Below, piece after piece: positions 25,946 to 40,296 of a stretch of DNA of 64,000 nucleotides. Below the pieces are notes generated by a model. That model worked only from the letters and a program-made list of their open reading frames with translations. It was not told where the DNA came from and did no database searches. The DNA is from Calcarisporiella thermophila CBS 279.70 (taxonomy: Eukaryota > Fungi > Calcarisporiellomycota). The stretch lies in the NCBI RefSeq assembly GCF_041956535.1, contig NW_027192191.1:371267-435266 (forward strand). Reading direction: 5' to 3'. Numbering within the stretch: position 1 is the stretch's first letter; each line of letters begins with the position of its first letter. Both the position numbers and the translations under genes were made by a program.

Positions 25946-27334
25946 GTCAACCTGGGGACTCAACCTTCGGGTGTGGAATTGAAGAAAAATTAGTTATATT
26001 CATAATAATTATTTTATTAATTTTTTTGTAGTTTGTCTTTTTCTTTTCTTTCTTTCTCTTATAGTAACGCTATTTATGTATGGTGGATGTAAATATCATC
26101 ATTTTTTTTTTGGTACAATAACTCTTAATAATATCAGAAATCCACCTTTATACTTCGTTATTATTATCTTGAGCGAGGTTATATGTGTAATATCCTTTTC
26201 TTCAATTGATTTAATATATATAAGCATAAAATTGTTTACCTAGCATAGGTGACCTATGAGAGCTAATATTCCAACTATGATCCAAATACAGGTATACTCT
26301 AATTAGTTATGCAGCATCAAAGGTAGCTGTGGGGGAATATGTTAATAACGCAGGCGGGCTATATTCCCAATATTTAAATTCCATACAAAAATTATATTCA
26401 ACTATTATTATCTAGATTTAAACTCAAGTAATATTGGTGTCAAGCTTGCACTTAATCGAGTTTTTAAGCTTCTTAGAACAAGGTGACTAGATATCTTCAA
26501 CCAACATTAGTAAATTATCTTAGCATCAAAATCGAATTGAGGGATGATCTGAAACTTAATTATAATTCGTCTGATACTTAAATTGAAATGTAAACAAGGG
26601 CAATCAGAAAAAGTATAAATAGAGGGGATTACCTGGTTCCACTTCTTTTTCTTTGGATCAAACCCGCTTCGTTAAAAGTAGCCATTTTGTTTTGATAATG
26701 GTATTCTTACGCTAGGTAGGGGAGACCAAAAAGATGGAAGTTTCATCTTATTACGACTGTTAATGCTTCACAATGAATTAATAGTCTGCAAACATTCCAC
26801 GACATTGCAAATCAAATGATTAAGAAAATTTACCCGTGTTCAAGCGAAAATAGAGGAAGAATCACCAAAAACAATACAGGATGATTACAAGTAAATGCAG
26901 TTCCAAAAACTGTTTTCAAGTTATCGCCGCGTATTGTTCTATCATATCAGTGATGGTTTATTCTATTGTAACTGCAGCCTCTAGAAATCTTATACGCGCT
27001 TGCTATAACTCGTTTGCTCGAAATCTAGGAATATCCCAAATTGGAAACGGGAAGTGTTCTTTTTTGAATACTAGCCGCTTTTAAGGGAAGAGTCATTACA
27101 AGTTAACCTTGGCCTTTTTTTTCATCATCTCTGCATTTCTCTAAGGAGATGGCTTGCCATCCTTTCGTCTAATCCATCGCACCTATTCAGCTCCCACTAG
27201 CCACGCTTTTTCCCATTTTATATGCTTTTTTATATTCATAAGTTCCCCGCCTTCATTAACTCTTCAGCCCTCAAACTTGACTACACTCATTAAACTTTAA
27301 CAAACAAATAGACAACCTTTGGTATATATTTGTA

Positions 27335-29773
27335 ATGGATGTCATTCAGCAACGGCTGTTGCACCTAGACACGCTTTGGAAACGCGTGGGAATACCTGAA
27401 AGTGAGTGCGAAAAAAAATGGAAAACAGAATTGCTCAAGGTGTGTGATGCTGTTATATACCATGAGCACATATGATTTTGATGGTAATCAATATATCGCT
27501 TTCTGCTTCCTTAGCCTGTACTATATGAGCTAGAAAGAGTTTTGGCTCATCATGAGTGGTCGATGCGAGTTTTAGCCGGCGAGATAGAAGATTATCTAGT
27601 AAATTTCAACCTTGCAAATATATTTTTTTCGAAATAGAAGCGTGTTCTCTTAACGCTTATTGTTCTTCCTATTAAATTAGTCTAGCATCTCTGAAAAGTG
27701 CGATCTTTTGGGGTATTCACCCGAAAATATTACCGATTTAGCTGCTCTTCCCAGTTTGCCTATATCCTACCTCACTCGTTCAAGACTTTCAGCTGTCGAC
27801 AAAGAACTACAGAAGGTATATTTGAATGGACTTAAAATATAGTGATATATAGAAGGTTTCATTAAGTATAATTCTGTTGTACCCAAGATAATTATAAGTC
27901 GCCAGAAACTGGTTGATAAATATGTGCAAGATATTGAAAAAATATCTGAAGAGATATACATGGGTGAAGTCATTGTGAATGAGCGAAAAGACTTTAGCCA
28001 GAGTGCCATAGAGAAGGTATGATTTCCCTATTTAACTTTGTATTATCCTTTATCAGCTGATTTATATTGCCTGTGCTATCTTGTGTTCTAGCTTGCACAG
28101 AAGCATTCGACAATAAAAGCTGAAGCGGTAAGTTTCTATAAGATTGCTACAAATAATTTCTTTATTGTATTTTTCCAAGCTCTTTCCTTATTTCAATTTT
28201 TATTTAGTCGCGAAGAAGGAATTCTTTTGAGCAGTGTATAAAGAAGCTCTATAACATCTGGACTGCTCTTGGATATCAGCCCAAAGACTCTATTGACACT
28301 GCCGTGGCGCACTTGCATTCCCAAGTGGCTGCCTCTGAATTGGTCAATCAATATCGCTGGTATCGAACACCGCTCCCTCATCCTCTATCGCTTTCAGAAT
28401 CCTGTTTAGAGGCACTGGAGAATAAGGTTTTGGCGTTAGAAGATGTCTACATGGATCGCAAGACCAAAAGAGAAAAATGGCAGCAGGGAATTGTGGCGTT
28501 ATGGGACGAACTACAAATACCCTTGGACGAAAGAGGGATAGAGATGATCGATAGCTATGACCTTGCTTATCTGGACTTGGTAATATATCTCTTTTGACAG
28601 GCAATTTCTGTTTCTGGATACTATTCATGTTAAAAATATTTTCAGTTGGAGGCAGAATATAAGCGTTTGAGAGGGAAATTCCGGGTTGCGGTCGACCAAT
28701 TACTTGAACAAGTGCATAACCTTGGATATCAATTAGGAAAGGCTTTAAACTAATCCAAAATTTCCGTCTAGCATATAAGTCAAATCACAGATCTCTGGGA
28801 TCAATGCCTAGTTAGTCAGAAAGAGAGAGAACATTTCTTGAACGATCTCTATGAAAACAGTACTTTGATGTGTGTTTTATTTTGCATCGATAGCATGTCT
28901 AATTTTTTTATTTCGAATAGCCAATACCTCTGCTGGAGTGAAGATGAAAATCAGCGATCTTCTTGTTTTGCTTGGTTCTCTCGCTGTAAAAGCAACACGC
29001 ATATTCAAGTTGATAAACGAGCGACGTGAATTCATAAACAAGATGATCGAGTTCGAAAAAAACGCATCGGATCCGCGCAGATTATTCCATAGCTCTTTCC
29101 AACTTATGCAGGTAAATGTTTTTGTAATTAAACTATTGCATTCAGTATTGATATAGCCCTTGTGGTTCAATAGGAGGAAAAATGGCGGCGTACTTGCTAC
29201 CCTAATTTATTAAAGCTCGAGGATGCTCTTTTAAGAAGTATTAAGCACTATGAAGAAGGTAAACTTTACGAGCACATTGGAAAAAGTGTCTCGATTGAAA
29301 TTTTACTCTGGCCTTTGATAGTCGAAGCGAAGCCGTTTTTACATGAAGGAACCCGATTTCTTGACACATTGGTAAGCAAATATTTTACTAGAAAAGAAGT
29401 TGGGTGAAGACCAATTTTTCTCTCTTAGCAATTTGAGATTACCGAGCGACAGATCAATAAAACATTTTTCGGTTTCATGACGACCCCCCGCCAACGCTCA
29501 TCAATGATGGCTCCCACACAGTCAACTATTAATAAGCAATCTTCTCCGCGAGCTCGTGAGGGCTCAAAATCACCCTCGATATCACCATCCAAATCTCCCA
29601 AGCCTCGAACTCCTAGCTATGCGGGTGGAAACATGTTAACCCCACCTCCTCTGAGGAGGCGTTCGAGTTGCTCCTCAAGTGTCACATCGCCAAGTTCCAG
29701 TGGACGAACAGAGGGGGCAGTATCACCTTCCCCAGAGTATAGGCGGGCGAATGGAAAGGTGCAGAGGGGTTGA
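27335..29773 (+). CDS. ASE1: Ase1/PRC1/MAP65 microtubule-bundling protein
   Basis: About 11 exons join in frame. Conserved core FEKNASDPRRLF...LMQEEKWRR...KPFLHEGTRFLD; basic Ser/Pro-rich tail with S/T-P sites. Confidence 0.82.
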
Positions 29774-30098
29774 GATGGTAGTACTTTTTTTCTTGTTATA
29801 TTCCTTTCAATAATTGCAATCTTAATTCAAAGCTAATTTTAATCACAATGGACATTGATTGATCAATAAATTGAATTACGAAAACTTGTAATCAAAATAT
29901 CACTATACATGATAGTAGGATTTAGTGCAATAGATAAGGAAAAAATTAAAAATAAATATAGTTGAATATTGCAGAAGAGACAATCTATAACTTTATACAC
30001 ATCAAAAAAACAACGGAGATTTGCGAATAACAGGAATAGAAAATCCAACTGTTTCCTTCTAGTAATCGAAGTGAATCCCAGTTCCTCTCTTTTCCACC

Positions 30099-31932
30099 CT
30101 AGGTCTTTAATCTTTTATCTGTCTTTCTCTCGTTGTCATCAACCCTCTGGTGATCGCCGCTCTCCTCCTCTGGGCGCCTTTTTCTTGAACCTGAAGCAGA
30201 AGAAGGAGCAAGAGGTACAGCATCTGGAAACTTAGAGCGCCCATTCGTATTTCCCTGGTGATGGGCTGCCTGTATAGGAGCGTTTCCTATGGCTCCAGGC
30301 GGTCGACCTCCATTCGCTTCTCGCAGTTTCCAGGCAGCACGTATTTTTTCAGAACTTGTCTCTAGCTCTTCCCGAGTTACGCCATCTGCAATACTTCTCA
30401 AAATCTTCTTCACCACCCTCTCGTCATTTGCTAAATTTTTATCATCTCTATATCGTGTGAAGCGCCAACCACCTTTTCGGATATGTGGAGGAGAATCTGG
30501 ATCGTTCCACACATAGGTAGGCCACTCTGGGTCATAAAGAAATTCACCTATCCGCCCATCTGGTGAAGAGGTACGCCAATTTTCGGCAAGCTCGGGGTCT
30601 GGCGTAAAGAAGTCATAAAATTGATGCACTCCGCGATTAGCAGAGTGAAGAGTAAAGATGGGTTTACGGTCTCGGGACCATCGAATGCAAATTTTAAAAT
30701 CGACAGTATTTTGATCTGCTGGCTTCCATTTTAACCTGTAACATTTTTTTTTTAAAAAATAAAAATTTCATAAACTTGGGCTGAGATAATGAAATGCTCT
30801 TTGGTAGACACTCACATTTTCTTGCAAGTTCCAAGGATATATGGCTGTTTAACGGGCGTGAAAATGAGGCCGTCATTGCCATGGTGTAGCTCCTTGATTT
30901 GTTCGAAGACCTGCGTGATCCCATATGATCTCTCCATATGTTTCATGGCGACTCTAATTTAACAGATATCATACTTAATTATCTTTCTTGTAATACGGCG
31001 AATAACTATCCGTACAAGCAGGGGGCATTTCTCGTAAATTCGAGATTTTGTTCCTTCGCGGAAATAAGAGGGTTGACGACGTGGTCTCGAGCATACTAAA
31101 ACGAGAAAGAAGTAAGAATTAGAAAATGTATGCCATTGATAAAATAAGTAGTTACGCCTAATCTTGAACTAAGCGATCGCTGCGTTACATTCACGCCATT
31201 GATAACAAGTAGATCGAAAACAAGGAAGCGTGAAATTTTCTGTAAATAGGAGAGGAGGTTATTTATATAATAAGTAGTAATACATCTGGCATTCAAAAAA
31301 CCTCGTCTCCTTTCACATCCAATACAAGCTCTCCGTCCAGTAGGGTATCATTTTGAAAACGTCCTGGCCTATCTTTCACCGGAAAAACAAGATTGGGAAT
31401 ATATCGAACCAAATTTTTTCTGCATATCTATATAGAAGCGTAGTAGGATAAGGCTTTGGTAGAGTGTGAGGACTGTGCGCGAATAATTTACCACAAACGT
31501 CGCAGGACCTTTCTGCGTCATTTGCGCAAACATTAAATATCTAACACCATCGCTTTTTTCGCACACATAATAATCCTCTTGCTCGAGAACTTTGAGATGA
31601 GTGGAATCAAAACTAACGGGCTGCGAGCCAGGAAATCTGTAATATTTGTTCAAAGGTATAGAGAATAATCAGCAAAACTTTCAAATGCTTGCATAAATAT
31701 GGAAGAAAAAATGAAATCTCCATAATATTTCTGCTGTTTTCTTTTTCCAAATGCTCTTAAACGACCAACTAATCTTAATTTCAAGAAAATCGAATTGGAA
31801 ATAACGAACATACCCATCCCCTTTCCATTCCAATAGCTCTTTTATTCTTGCATTAACATTTTTTTGCGTTATGGGATCTACAAGCACCCCAATCGAATCA
31901 GGTAGAGGGGCATCGTGTTGGCCGACAGACAT
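30099..31932 (-). CDS. CEG1: mRNA capping enzyme alpha subunit (guanylyltransferase)
   Basis: FPGSQPVSF, motif I VCEKSDGVRY, III TLLDGELV, IIIa FLVFDLL, IV DGLIF, V LKWKP and VI RYRDDK. Spliced in frame across 6 introns. Confidence 0.95.
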
Positions 31933-32281
31933 GCCCAATAATTAAATTGTCTCTTGAGCCTAATCAATGGTGCAAGGTCGATTTTTTAAGTCGGAGCTTG
32001 ATTAGTGAAAATTTATTACCGAGAGGCTTGGGTGAGAGTAGTTGTCGTATATCATGGTGAATTTAGACGGAAGTTTAGCAGAAGAGCATGCTAACTGTTA
32101 ATAAAACGGGGCTGTGGTGGGTTTTAAAAGAAGAATAAACTAGAAAGAACAATAGAAAAAAGTATAATAAGTACAGCCAAAAAACATTAAGTGGAAAGAT
32201 TAAAGTATTTAAGGTAGATATGGTACATATAAAAATGTGGAAAATGATAACATGGATAAATAACTAAGTATATGTACTATT

Positions 32282-35200
32282 TTATCTTCGTTCTACCGCC
32301 TCTCGTAATGACTCCACAATGATTGCCGAAAAGTGCCGAGAAACTTGTAAAAGTTGGACACCTTTGCGCTTGGCGGCACGAACCACAAGAACTATGAACC
32401 AGAACAGGAGGGCAATCCCTAACAGAATCAAAACCAGTGTTAAAACTTATTTAAGGAAGCTTATAACTTACCACTTACCGGCCATCAAGTACTCCAAAAT
32501 AATATAGCCAATATCTAGCCAAGGATTTTTAGCGAGCATGGCGTTAATTACTTGAACCTCATCCTCGAGCCCCTTCAGCTAATATTTTAAAAAAGATTTA
32601 GAATACATAAATGAATAAATCAACTAAAAAAAAAAATACTATATGGAAGTAGCGCTCATTGATCACAGCGGATATTTCCTTGATTTCTTCATTTATCGAG
32701 CGCATTTGCGCTCCAATACGTCTATTCAGTCCATCCAAATCTCCCAGAATCTCATCATATTGAGCCATATCATCTCTGATTAAATTTACTCCGAGTTCCA
32801 CTCCGAGTTGAGCATTTACGAATCCATTTAGTGCTGGAGAATAATGGATCGGTTTATTATACTCCTCTAGTTGGAGATTATGGATACGTTCTTGGGAGAG
32901 ATCAAGGAGATGCTCGTGTAACTTTGCAAAGTCTCGCGCCTCAATATGAATATTCGTACTATTGGAAATAGTTGATTCCATCTCCTGGTATTTGCCGCTG
33001 CTATTTTTTTCTGGGTCACCCACAAGTGTGACATGGAGATTTATGAGTTCACCTAATCAAAGTAGAGGTAAGATTAATCGTTTCCCCATTCATTTATAGT
33101 AAAGGGTTACCGTCGCATTCGATCATTTTCTCAAAAGCAATTCCTTCGCCATCCGCAAGATCAAAAACAACCACGTCACCTTCACGACTATGTTCTAGCA
33201 TGATTCCCTTCGTTTTAAACTGTTCAATAACTGTGCGTAGCTTGGGCGGAAGCCTGTCCATATCAAGTACAATAGTGCGGTGAGATTCTTCCTCGTGCGG
33301 AGTCTCTCTTACTATAAACAAGTAAGGGTAATCGGGAAGCTGAGTTAAGGATAGATATATTTCAAAGCGTATAGACCATACTATCATGTCTCTCTTCGAT
33401 ATCACTTTTCTGTTCTACATTATTGTCATTCTCTGTGTCCAGAGATATACGTGTTCGCTCTAAGTCAACTTCACTAGTGTTATGGTGCTTTGAGTACGAG
33501 CCACCTACGTCCAACGAGAGTTTCGATCCAATTAAGTAGTTCATCGCCTGATTCTACAAAAAAAAAGTTAATAATACTATAGATTAATCATACTGTAGAA
33601 ATGATCTTACATCTCGAGTATCTTCCAATTCTGAAATATCTAGAGGTAAATCAGACCTCTCCCTTACTTCTTCCAATTCATCCACCTCAAATTCCTCCTG
33701 CCATCTACCAGTTATCGGAATTTGCCTAGGAGATGATTTTGAATGGATATTCGCATGGGGATACTTCATTGCTCCACAGGATAAGTCAGGAGATTGATAA
33801 GAAAATGAGGTATCCGGAAGAGAGGTCATTGAAGAAACAGCAAACTTGGGAGGGTTAGCTTCATTTCGGTGTGAGTAATGCTGGGTAGCCTTCTTCAACT
33901 TTGTCGAAGCTTCAGGGATATCAGGTAAAGGCTAAAAAAAATTGATGATGTGAAAATTAGTTGCCAAAATGAAAATAACACACACTTGCCTTTGAATCAT
34001 TCACAAGAGTACCAATTTCTTGAAGCATCGAGCGATATCTTTGACTTTGTTCACTGGTCACATCCGGCACTGAGCCATATGCAAGTCGGGGTTGATGTAG
34101 AGCATCTAACGATGCGCTCCGATCTCGCCCATTTTCCTCCCTTTTTTTGCCTTTATGTTTCCGAAAGAGTGAAAGGGACCAAGACTTGCGTTTCTTGCCA
34201 TCCAAATGGTGTTCTAACGACGAGCGATTGTAGTATCGGTCCGAGTCGTCGAGGGAAGAACGGCCGGCGTCAGGAATGGTTCCGAGAGAGGAAGACTTAG
34301 AATGCATTGAGCCATGATGAGCTGATTGGGTGTGAGTATTCGAACTTCGCGGTGGTTTTTGCTCCAGTACATGAAAATTATCCCTTGGTTTCTTTAAACC
34401 CACATTAGTATGTGACCCGCTAATCTGAGAGGGGTAAGTGACGGAACTCTGTGATCCCGAATAGGAAGACTCGCCGCGATAAGCTATCTCTTCAAAACTA
34501 CTACTAGATGAGGGAGCAACTACTCGGAGTGACGAAGTGGGTCTCCCAGGGTCATCCGAAGCTGAGTCTTCTTCTCCGTCTTTCTCCTCTTCTTTGGTTA
34601 ATTGCAAATCTGTTCTATTTGCAATTCGAGAATATTTAAGCAGATCACTATTATCCAGCTGCCATGTTTTGGCTCGTGAATTATTAGGTAAACGATGGAC
34701 AGGTTTTTTGTTTATGGAGCGCATTCGTTCATTATATTCTTCCCGATATCGAATAATTGCTAGTGGATTGTAGGATTCACCGGAGCGTAGCAATGTAGAA
34801 ATGATGTTATAGCGAATTTTGAGATATTGTTTGCATTGTTCTGATCGTTCGAGAGTGGTGGGGGATGGATGCAATTTTTGCCTATAATGTGCTATGAAAA
34901 AATCACCATCATATTAAAATGCTATAGATTGATATTGCTTAAGTCGTGACCCAATTTTACCGTGTTCATCATGATTTAAATATCGTTCGATCTCCAAGCT
35001 TTCATCATCAGGTATAAGTTGATGGCTAAATTTTTCTTTTGAACTCTCATTATCTGTATGGTTTCGAGTCATCTGCGTCAATCGTAAAACATCTTTGTTC
35101 GTAATACCCTGCAATAAATCCTCAACAGAGTCTGAAATAGACGTAAAGAAAATATAGTGTTAGTGAGGTTATATAGAGATACAATTTCCAACCCACCTTC

Positions 35201-35695
35201 AGGGATATTTGAGGTATCATCATTAATTAAGCTCCCAAATCCTCTTCCTGCGGTCCCTATTCTTCGTCTCGTCGCCTGTGAACCCGCGCTCCGACTGCGA
35301 GATGAATGTGGCTCCATAGTAGTCGTTAAATCTGCTTCAGAAAATTCACTATTTTTTAACCACATCTGAGTGTCCACACCTGGCACTCTCAGATACTCTA
35401 TCTGGGACTGTTGCTGTTGCTGATATTCCAGCGGGAGATGGTCGAATGAAGTCGACACGGAGGCCGAAGGAGAAGCAAGGTAGCAATCGTCGTTATTTTG
35501 TTCAGGAACAGCATGATTTGGAGCATGCGGACTAAGGATAGAGTGCTCATTCTCATAATTATCGTATTCGACGACAGTCGATGAAGAATCAAAACGAAAA
35601 TGCCCATTGACATCACTAATACGATTTTTTCTACTATTTTCACGTAGCTGCCGAGATGAATTTGATCTGAAAAAGTCAGAGCTGTAGTTATACAT
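32282..35695 (-). CDS. Mtc4-like protein with coiled coil and C-terminal membrane anchor
   Basis: Multi-exon in-frame model. The YNPLAIIRYR motif and C-terminal WLDIGYIILEYLMAGIALLFWFIVLVVR resemble the fungal Mtc4-like family (from memory). Confidence 0.6.
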
Positions 35696-36171
35696 AATCT
35701 TTAAATTTGAATTAAAAAAAACCGTATCAAGAATTAATAGATCTTATTAGAAATAGAGGACAGTCGAGGAATATAATACCAATAAAACTGATAATAGTTA
35801 CTCGCAATCGTAGTTAAATAAATGACAGATACGCTGTTGGTGAAGGCTCGAGTGATACATTAATTATTGCTCTCGATAACAGGACTTTCATACCCTGGAA
35901 CCGCCTTAGAAGTAAGTAATAAGCCTTAGATACGAACATGTTAATTAACATTGGGAACGATTTTAATTATGTCGTTTGGTGGCTGAGGATATTCTATTTG
36001 ACTCTTGTAATAAATTTTGTTATTATATTAATTGATACAGCATAAAAGAGTACATCATAAAAATATATTAAATATCTTCGAAATAAATTAAAAACCGATC
36101 CAAAATAGAAGTTAATAGTACATCTCTACCTGAAACTAGCATATCACACTTGTAAAAAGAAAATACACAGT

Positions 36172-37323
36172 TTAAAGCTTGTTTTTGATACTGTGTTCAA
36201 TCTTTTCGTTCACTAATTTCTCGGTAAATTCCCACAAACGTCTAGCGAGGTCGAGATCTCGCCCATGTTTACTAGGTTTTCCAATCTAATTTTCAAAAAT
36301 TGTTAAACATTCCACGAATATACAAGAAAAACGTGTTGAAAAGTATCGATCACCTTTGCAATAGGTATAAAATACTCTCCATGTAGATCTTTTTCATCTA
36401 GCTCGGGGCTAGTTGCAACATAAAGCTGGGTAAGCGAGGCATCATCAATACTGATGGATCCATACAAAAATTTTGCCCCCATACTAACGACGAATTTCGG
36501 AAGAGGGAGATGCCGCATTAGATCTGTCTAAAAAAGGCCGCTCATTAAAATACTGTCGTTGTATTATGTGATATATATATGTTACCATTGCAACTCCTGG
36601 ATGAAGAGTGTTAACCCTTACGCCATTAATGCCCTTTTCTCGTAAACGACGATCTAGCTCTTTCGCGAATAATAAATTTGCCAATTTAGAACGCCCATAA
36701 GCGACTCGACGGTTATAATATTTAGTTGAATTAATTCTCTCAATATCACACTCCACACCCTTTTTTGGAGCCCACCCATGTGCATCAGATGATACAATCA
36801 CAATTCTAGATGGTGCCGACTTTTCAACTAAAGGTAGTAATCCCATTATGAGTGCGAAATGCCCAATGTGGTTTACTCCGAAATGTGACTCTATTCCATC
36901 CTTTGTAAGATCGTAGGGTGCCATAAATATGCCAGCATTGGCAATTAGAATATCGATTGGAAGATTAATAGAATTATAATGCTCGATGAATTGCTTTACA
37001 GAGCTGAGGGAAGAAAGGTCAAGAGGAAGAAATTCAATAACACCTCTCTGCGTAACCTTGCGGATATCATCGATTGCCTCGCGAGCTTTTTTCTCTGAAC
37101 GACAAGCAATAATGCTATGTTATAAGTGTTAAATGTTATAAGCGATAAATAGTTGAGATGTTTATGAATAATTAACTTTCATTCTTTATCACACTCACAC
37201 ATGTGCATTCTTATTCGCAAGCTCTCGAGCACACACCTTTCCTATACCCGTATTTGCACCGGTTACCAAGACAACCCGTCCAGTTAGATCAGGTATGTCG
37301 TTGAAAGAAAATTGTGAAGGCAT
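36172..37323 (-). CDS. Short-chain dehydrogenase/reductase (retinol dehydrogenase/WWOX-like)
   Basis: TGANTGIG, ANAG, HFGVNHIGHF, VSSDAH, catalytic YGRSK, LHPG and C-terminal RLWEFTEKLV. Confidence 0.92.
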
Positions 37324-37651
37324 TTTAATATTTATTAGTGCAGAACGAAAAGAATCTCAGATAGAGATGTATGCTTTGCTAAGTTGCATATGAAAATTGA
37401 AAATTAAGAGTATAATATACCCGCGGAAAGCAATTTGGTTTGCGCATGTTTAACTGAACCCTTAACAGGATATTCGTGTACCTGCTTTGGTATCATCATT
37501 AGCTGTGGCTTATGCACACTCCGTGCTGGCCGAAACCTCGTAAAATCATTAAATCCAACCGTATTAATGGAATAGTCTTGAATGGCTTAGCAATTTTACT
37601 ATAATTTACAGTATACTACTGATTGTAATACATTAACGAGTTTGGTTAAGG

Positions 37652-40296
37652 ATGACAGCCTACTATGAGCTCTCAGACGATGTGACTCTAGCCTTCGAAA
37701 AGGAAGAAAAGAGGGAGTTTGATAAACAAGTGGAAGATTTGATTCAACAGCTTGATTCAGTCCGAATTTCACCTCCAATACCCAATTCCAAAGATGTCCA
37801 TGAGCTCGTTGTTGCGCTCTATACTATCGCGAACTCAAGTGGAAGTAAACGTAAGCGCAATGTCACCCCCCACGAATACCAGCTTTCAAATGGATATACT
37901 ATTGTAAGCTGGAAGATGAATGAGTTTCAATATAGGAAAGATCCTCCTCCTTTTCCAACCCTTGCGCGTGGGCTATTTACACGAAAAAATGAAGAAGGAA
38001 AACACGAGATTGTCGCACGTGGATACGATAAATTTTTCAATATTGGCGAGGTCAAAAAGACTCAGGTGAGCTGAAATCATTGTTATTCGATCCCCGGCAA
38101 ATTATAGTATCTTACGATTCTATATAGTGGGATTGGATTGAGAAAAACACAGCTGGAACTTATGAAATAACGGTCAAAGAGAATGGTTGTATAATATTCT
38201 TAGCTGGACTACCGGATGGAGAGCTACTAGTTACTAGTAAACATTCCGTGGGCCAACTGGAAAACGTCAAAGTGTCTCATTCCCAGAAAGGTGCCGAGTG
38301 GGTTGGGAGACACTTGGAACTGGCTGGCAAAACCAGAAGGCAACTTGCAAAATTTTTATCGGAATACAATATTACAGCAGTTGCAGAAGTAATATTTCTA
38401 GTTAGTTCCTAGTCATTAGTGTAGCTAAATTATGTTTCGTTTTTGTAGCTATGTGACGATGACTTTGAAGAACATGTACTGCCATATCCAAAAGAACGAC
38501 GCGGGCTCTATCTCCACGGCATTAACTATAATACAACAGATATGCGAACTTGGCCGTCAGATGCTGTCGCTCGTGTTGCAAAATATTTTGGATTTCTCAC
38601 TGTTAAGTGTATACGAAAAGAGACGCTCAATCAAACCCGTAAATTCTTAGACGATATTGCTCGAGAAGGATCACTCGATGGTCGTGATATAGAAGGCTTC
38701 GTGGTGCGCTGTCGTGAGCTAGATACAAATAGTGATTTCTTTTTTAAAGTTAAATTTGAAGAACCCTATCTCATGTACCGTGAATGGCGCGAGATAACAA
38801 AGGCAATATTAGGAGGACGTGAATTCCGCTCAACTTATCCCGCTAGTGCACATTATGCCACATGGGTGAAGAAAACACTAACGAAAAATCCTGGCCTATT
38901 TGAAGAATATAAGCAAAATCGAGGCATCATTCGGGTACGAGATATGTTTTTAGAATATGCCCAAAAAAATCGAGTAAACTTAGGGGAGAGTAATAAAGAG
39001 CAAGACGATGGGCACAATTTCGATAAAACATTAATTTTAACTGTAGCAACTCCTGGATGCGGTAAGCACTAGACGCTCTCATAATAATTATATTTACCCT
39101 AAGTAATATCTTAATGGATAGGAAAAACAACCATATCCCTGGCACTTGCTGAGATATTTGGATTCGGCCACATTCAAAATGATAACATCCCTGGAAAGAA
39201 GCCCATGAGAAACTTTTGCAAAGCTATTTTGGAAGAATTCTCGGGCAAAAATGTGGTTATTGCTGACAAGTAAGATCTCGCGCTTTTTATACATTACATT
39301 AATTAATTATAATTTTTGAATAGAAATAACCATACTCATCAGCTTCGTCGAGACCTGATCATGAGCATTAGAGAGAAAATTAAACAATTGCGAATAATCG
39401 CTCTCTACTGGTCACATGAGGAAAAACCCGCGGAGGAGATAGCCCAAAAAACGTTAGAACGCATTCGACGACGCGGAGAGAATCATCAATCACTTACTCC
39501 AGGAAGTAACGCGAATTATTCCGAGGTTGTGTTCAACTTTTTGCATTCTTTTGAGCCATTTGATCGGGACATGATGGGCGATAGACAAATACATCATCTC
39601 ATTAAACTGGATCCGACTGATAGTTTGGAACATATGCTCGATACGGCCCTCGATGGTCTCTCGGTGCTTGATCTTAAACAGCCTACTGATGAACAGAAGC
39701 AAAAAGCCTTGCGGAAAGCACAAGGATATACCCCAACAACAAAAAAGGTGGTCGCTTCAGCAAAAACCAAGAAGATCCCGCGTTACTTTGGCATCAGTCT
39801 TGAGTTTAACCTCATCGAGTGGCTATCATCCTACCTTACCAAACACCCTCTACCCCCGGGAGCATTGGCGACATTTAATTATTTGCGAGATAATAAGCTT
39901 TTCCCACCCACCCACCACATCACACTTGTACATTCAATGGATATAGAGCGGGAGATCGATCCGAAACTCAAAAAGCATAAGCAAGAATTATGGGACAAAT
40001 TTTCAAGTGTAACGAAAAATGGAGACGTAGCTGCCCGCAAAGTGAAGTTTCGGTTTAAGGAACTAGTTGTATCTTCACAACTTATAACCCTCACAGTACA
40101 CGATATTGATCCTCCGAGTTGTGAGTCGTCGAATCGAGTTCCACACGTAACAGTGGGAACTCTTAGTAATATAAAAGCAGTAGAGAGCAAATTGTTATTA
40201 GAACGATTAGAAGATGAGGAAAAAATTGGAGATGTATGGCGGATAGATATTAAGGAAGATGAGTATCATATTGGAATGATATGCGGATACTATTGA
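37652..40296 (+). CDS. TRL1: Fungal tRNA ligase (ligase-kinase-cyclic phosphodiesterase)
   Basis: ARGLF, RGYDKFFNIGE, motif I TVKENGC, SKHS, AELCDDDFEEH, EGFVVR and FFFKVK. Kinase P-loop ATPGCGKTT; 2H motifs HITL and HVTV. Confidence 0.95.
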
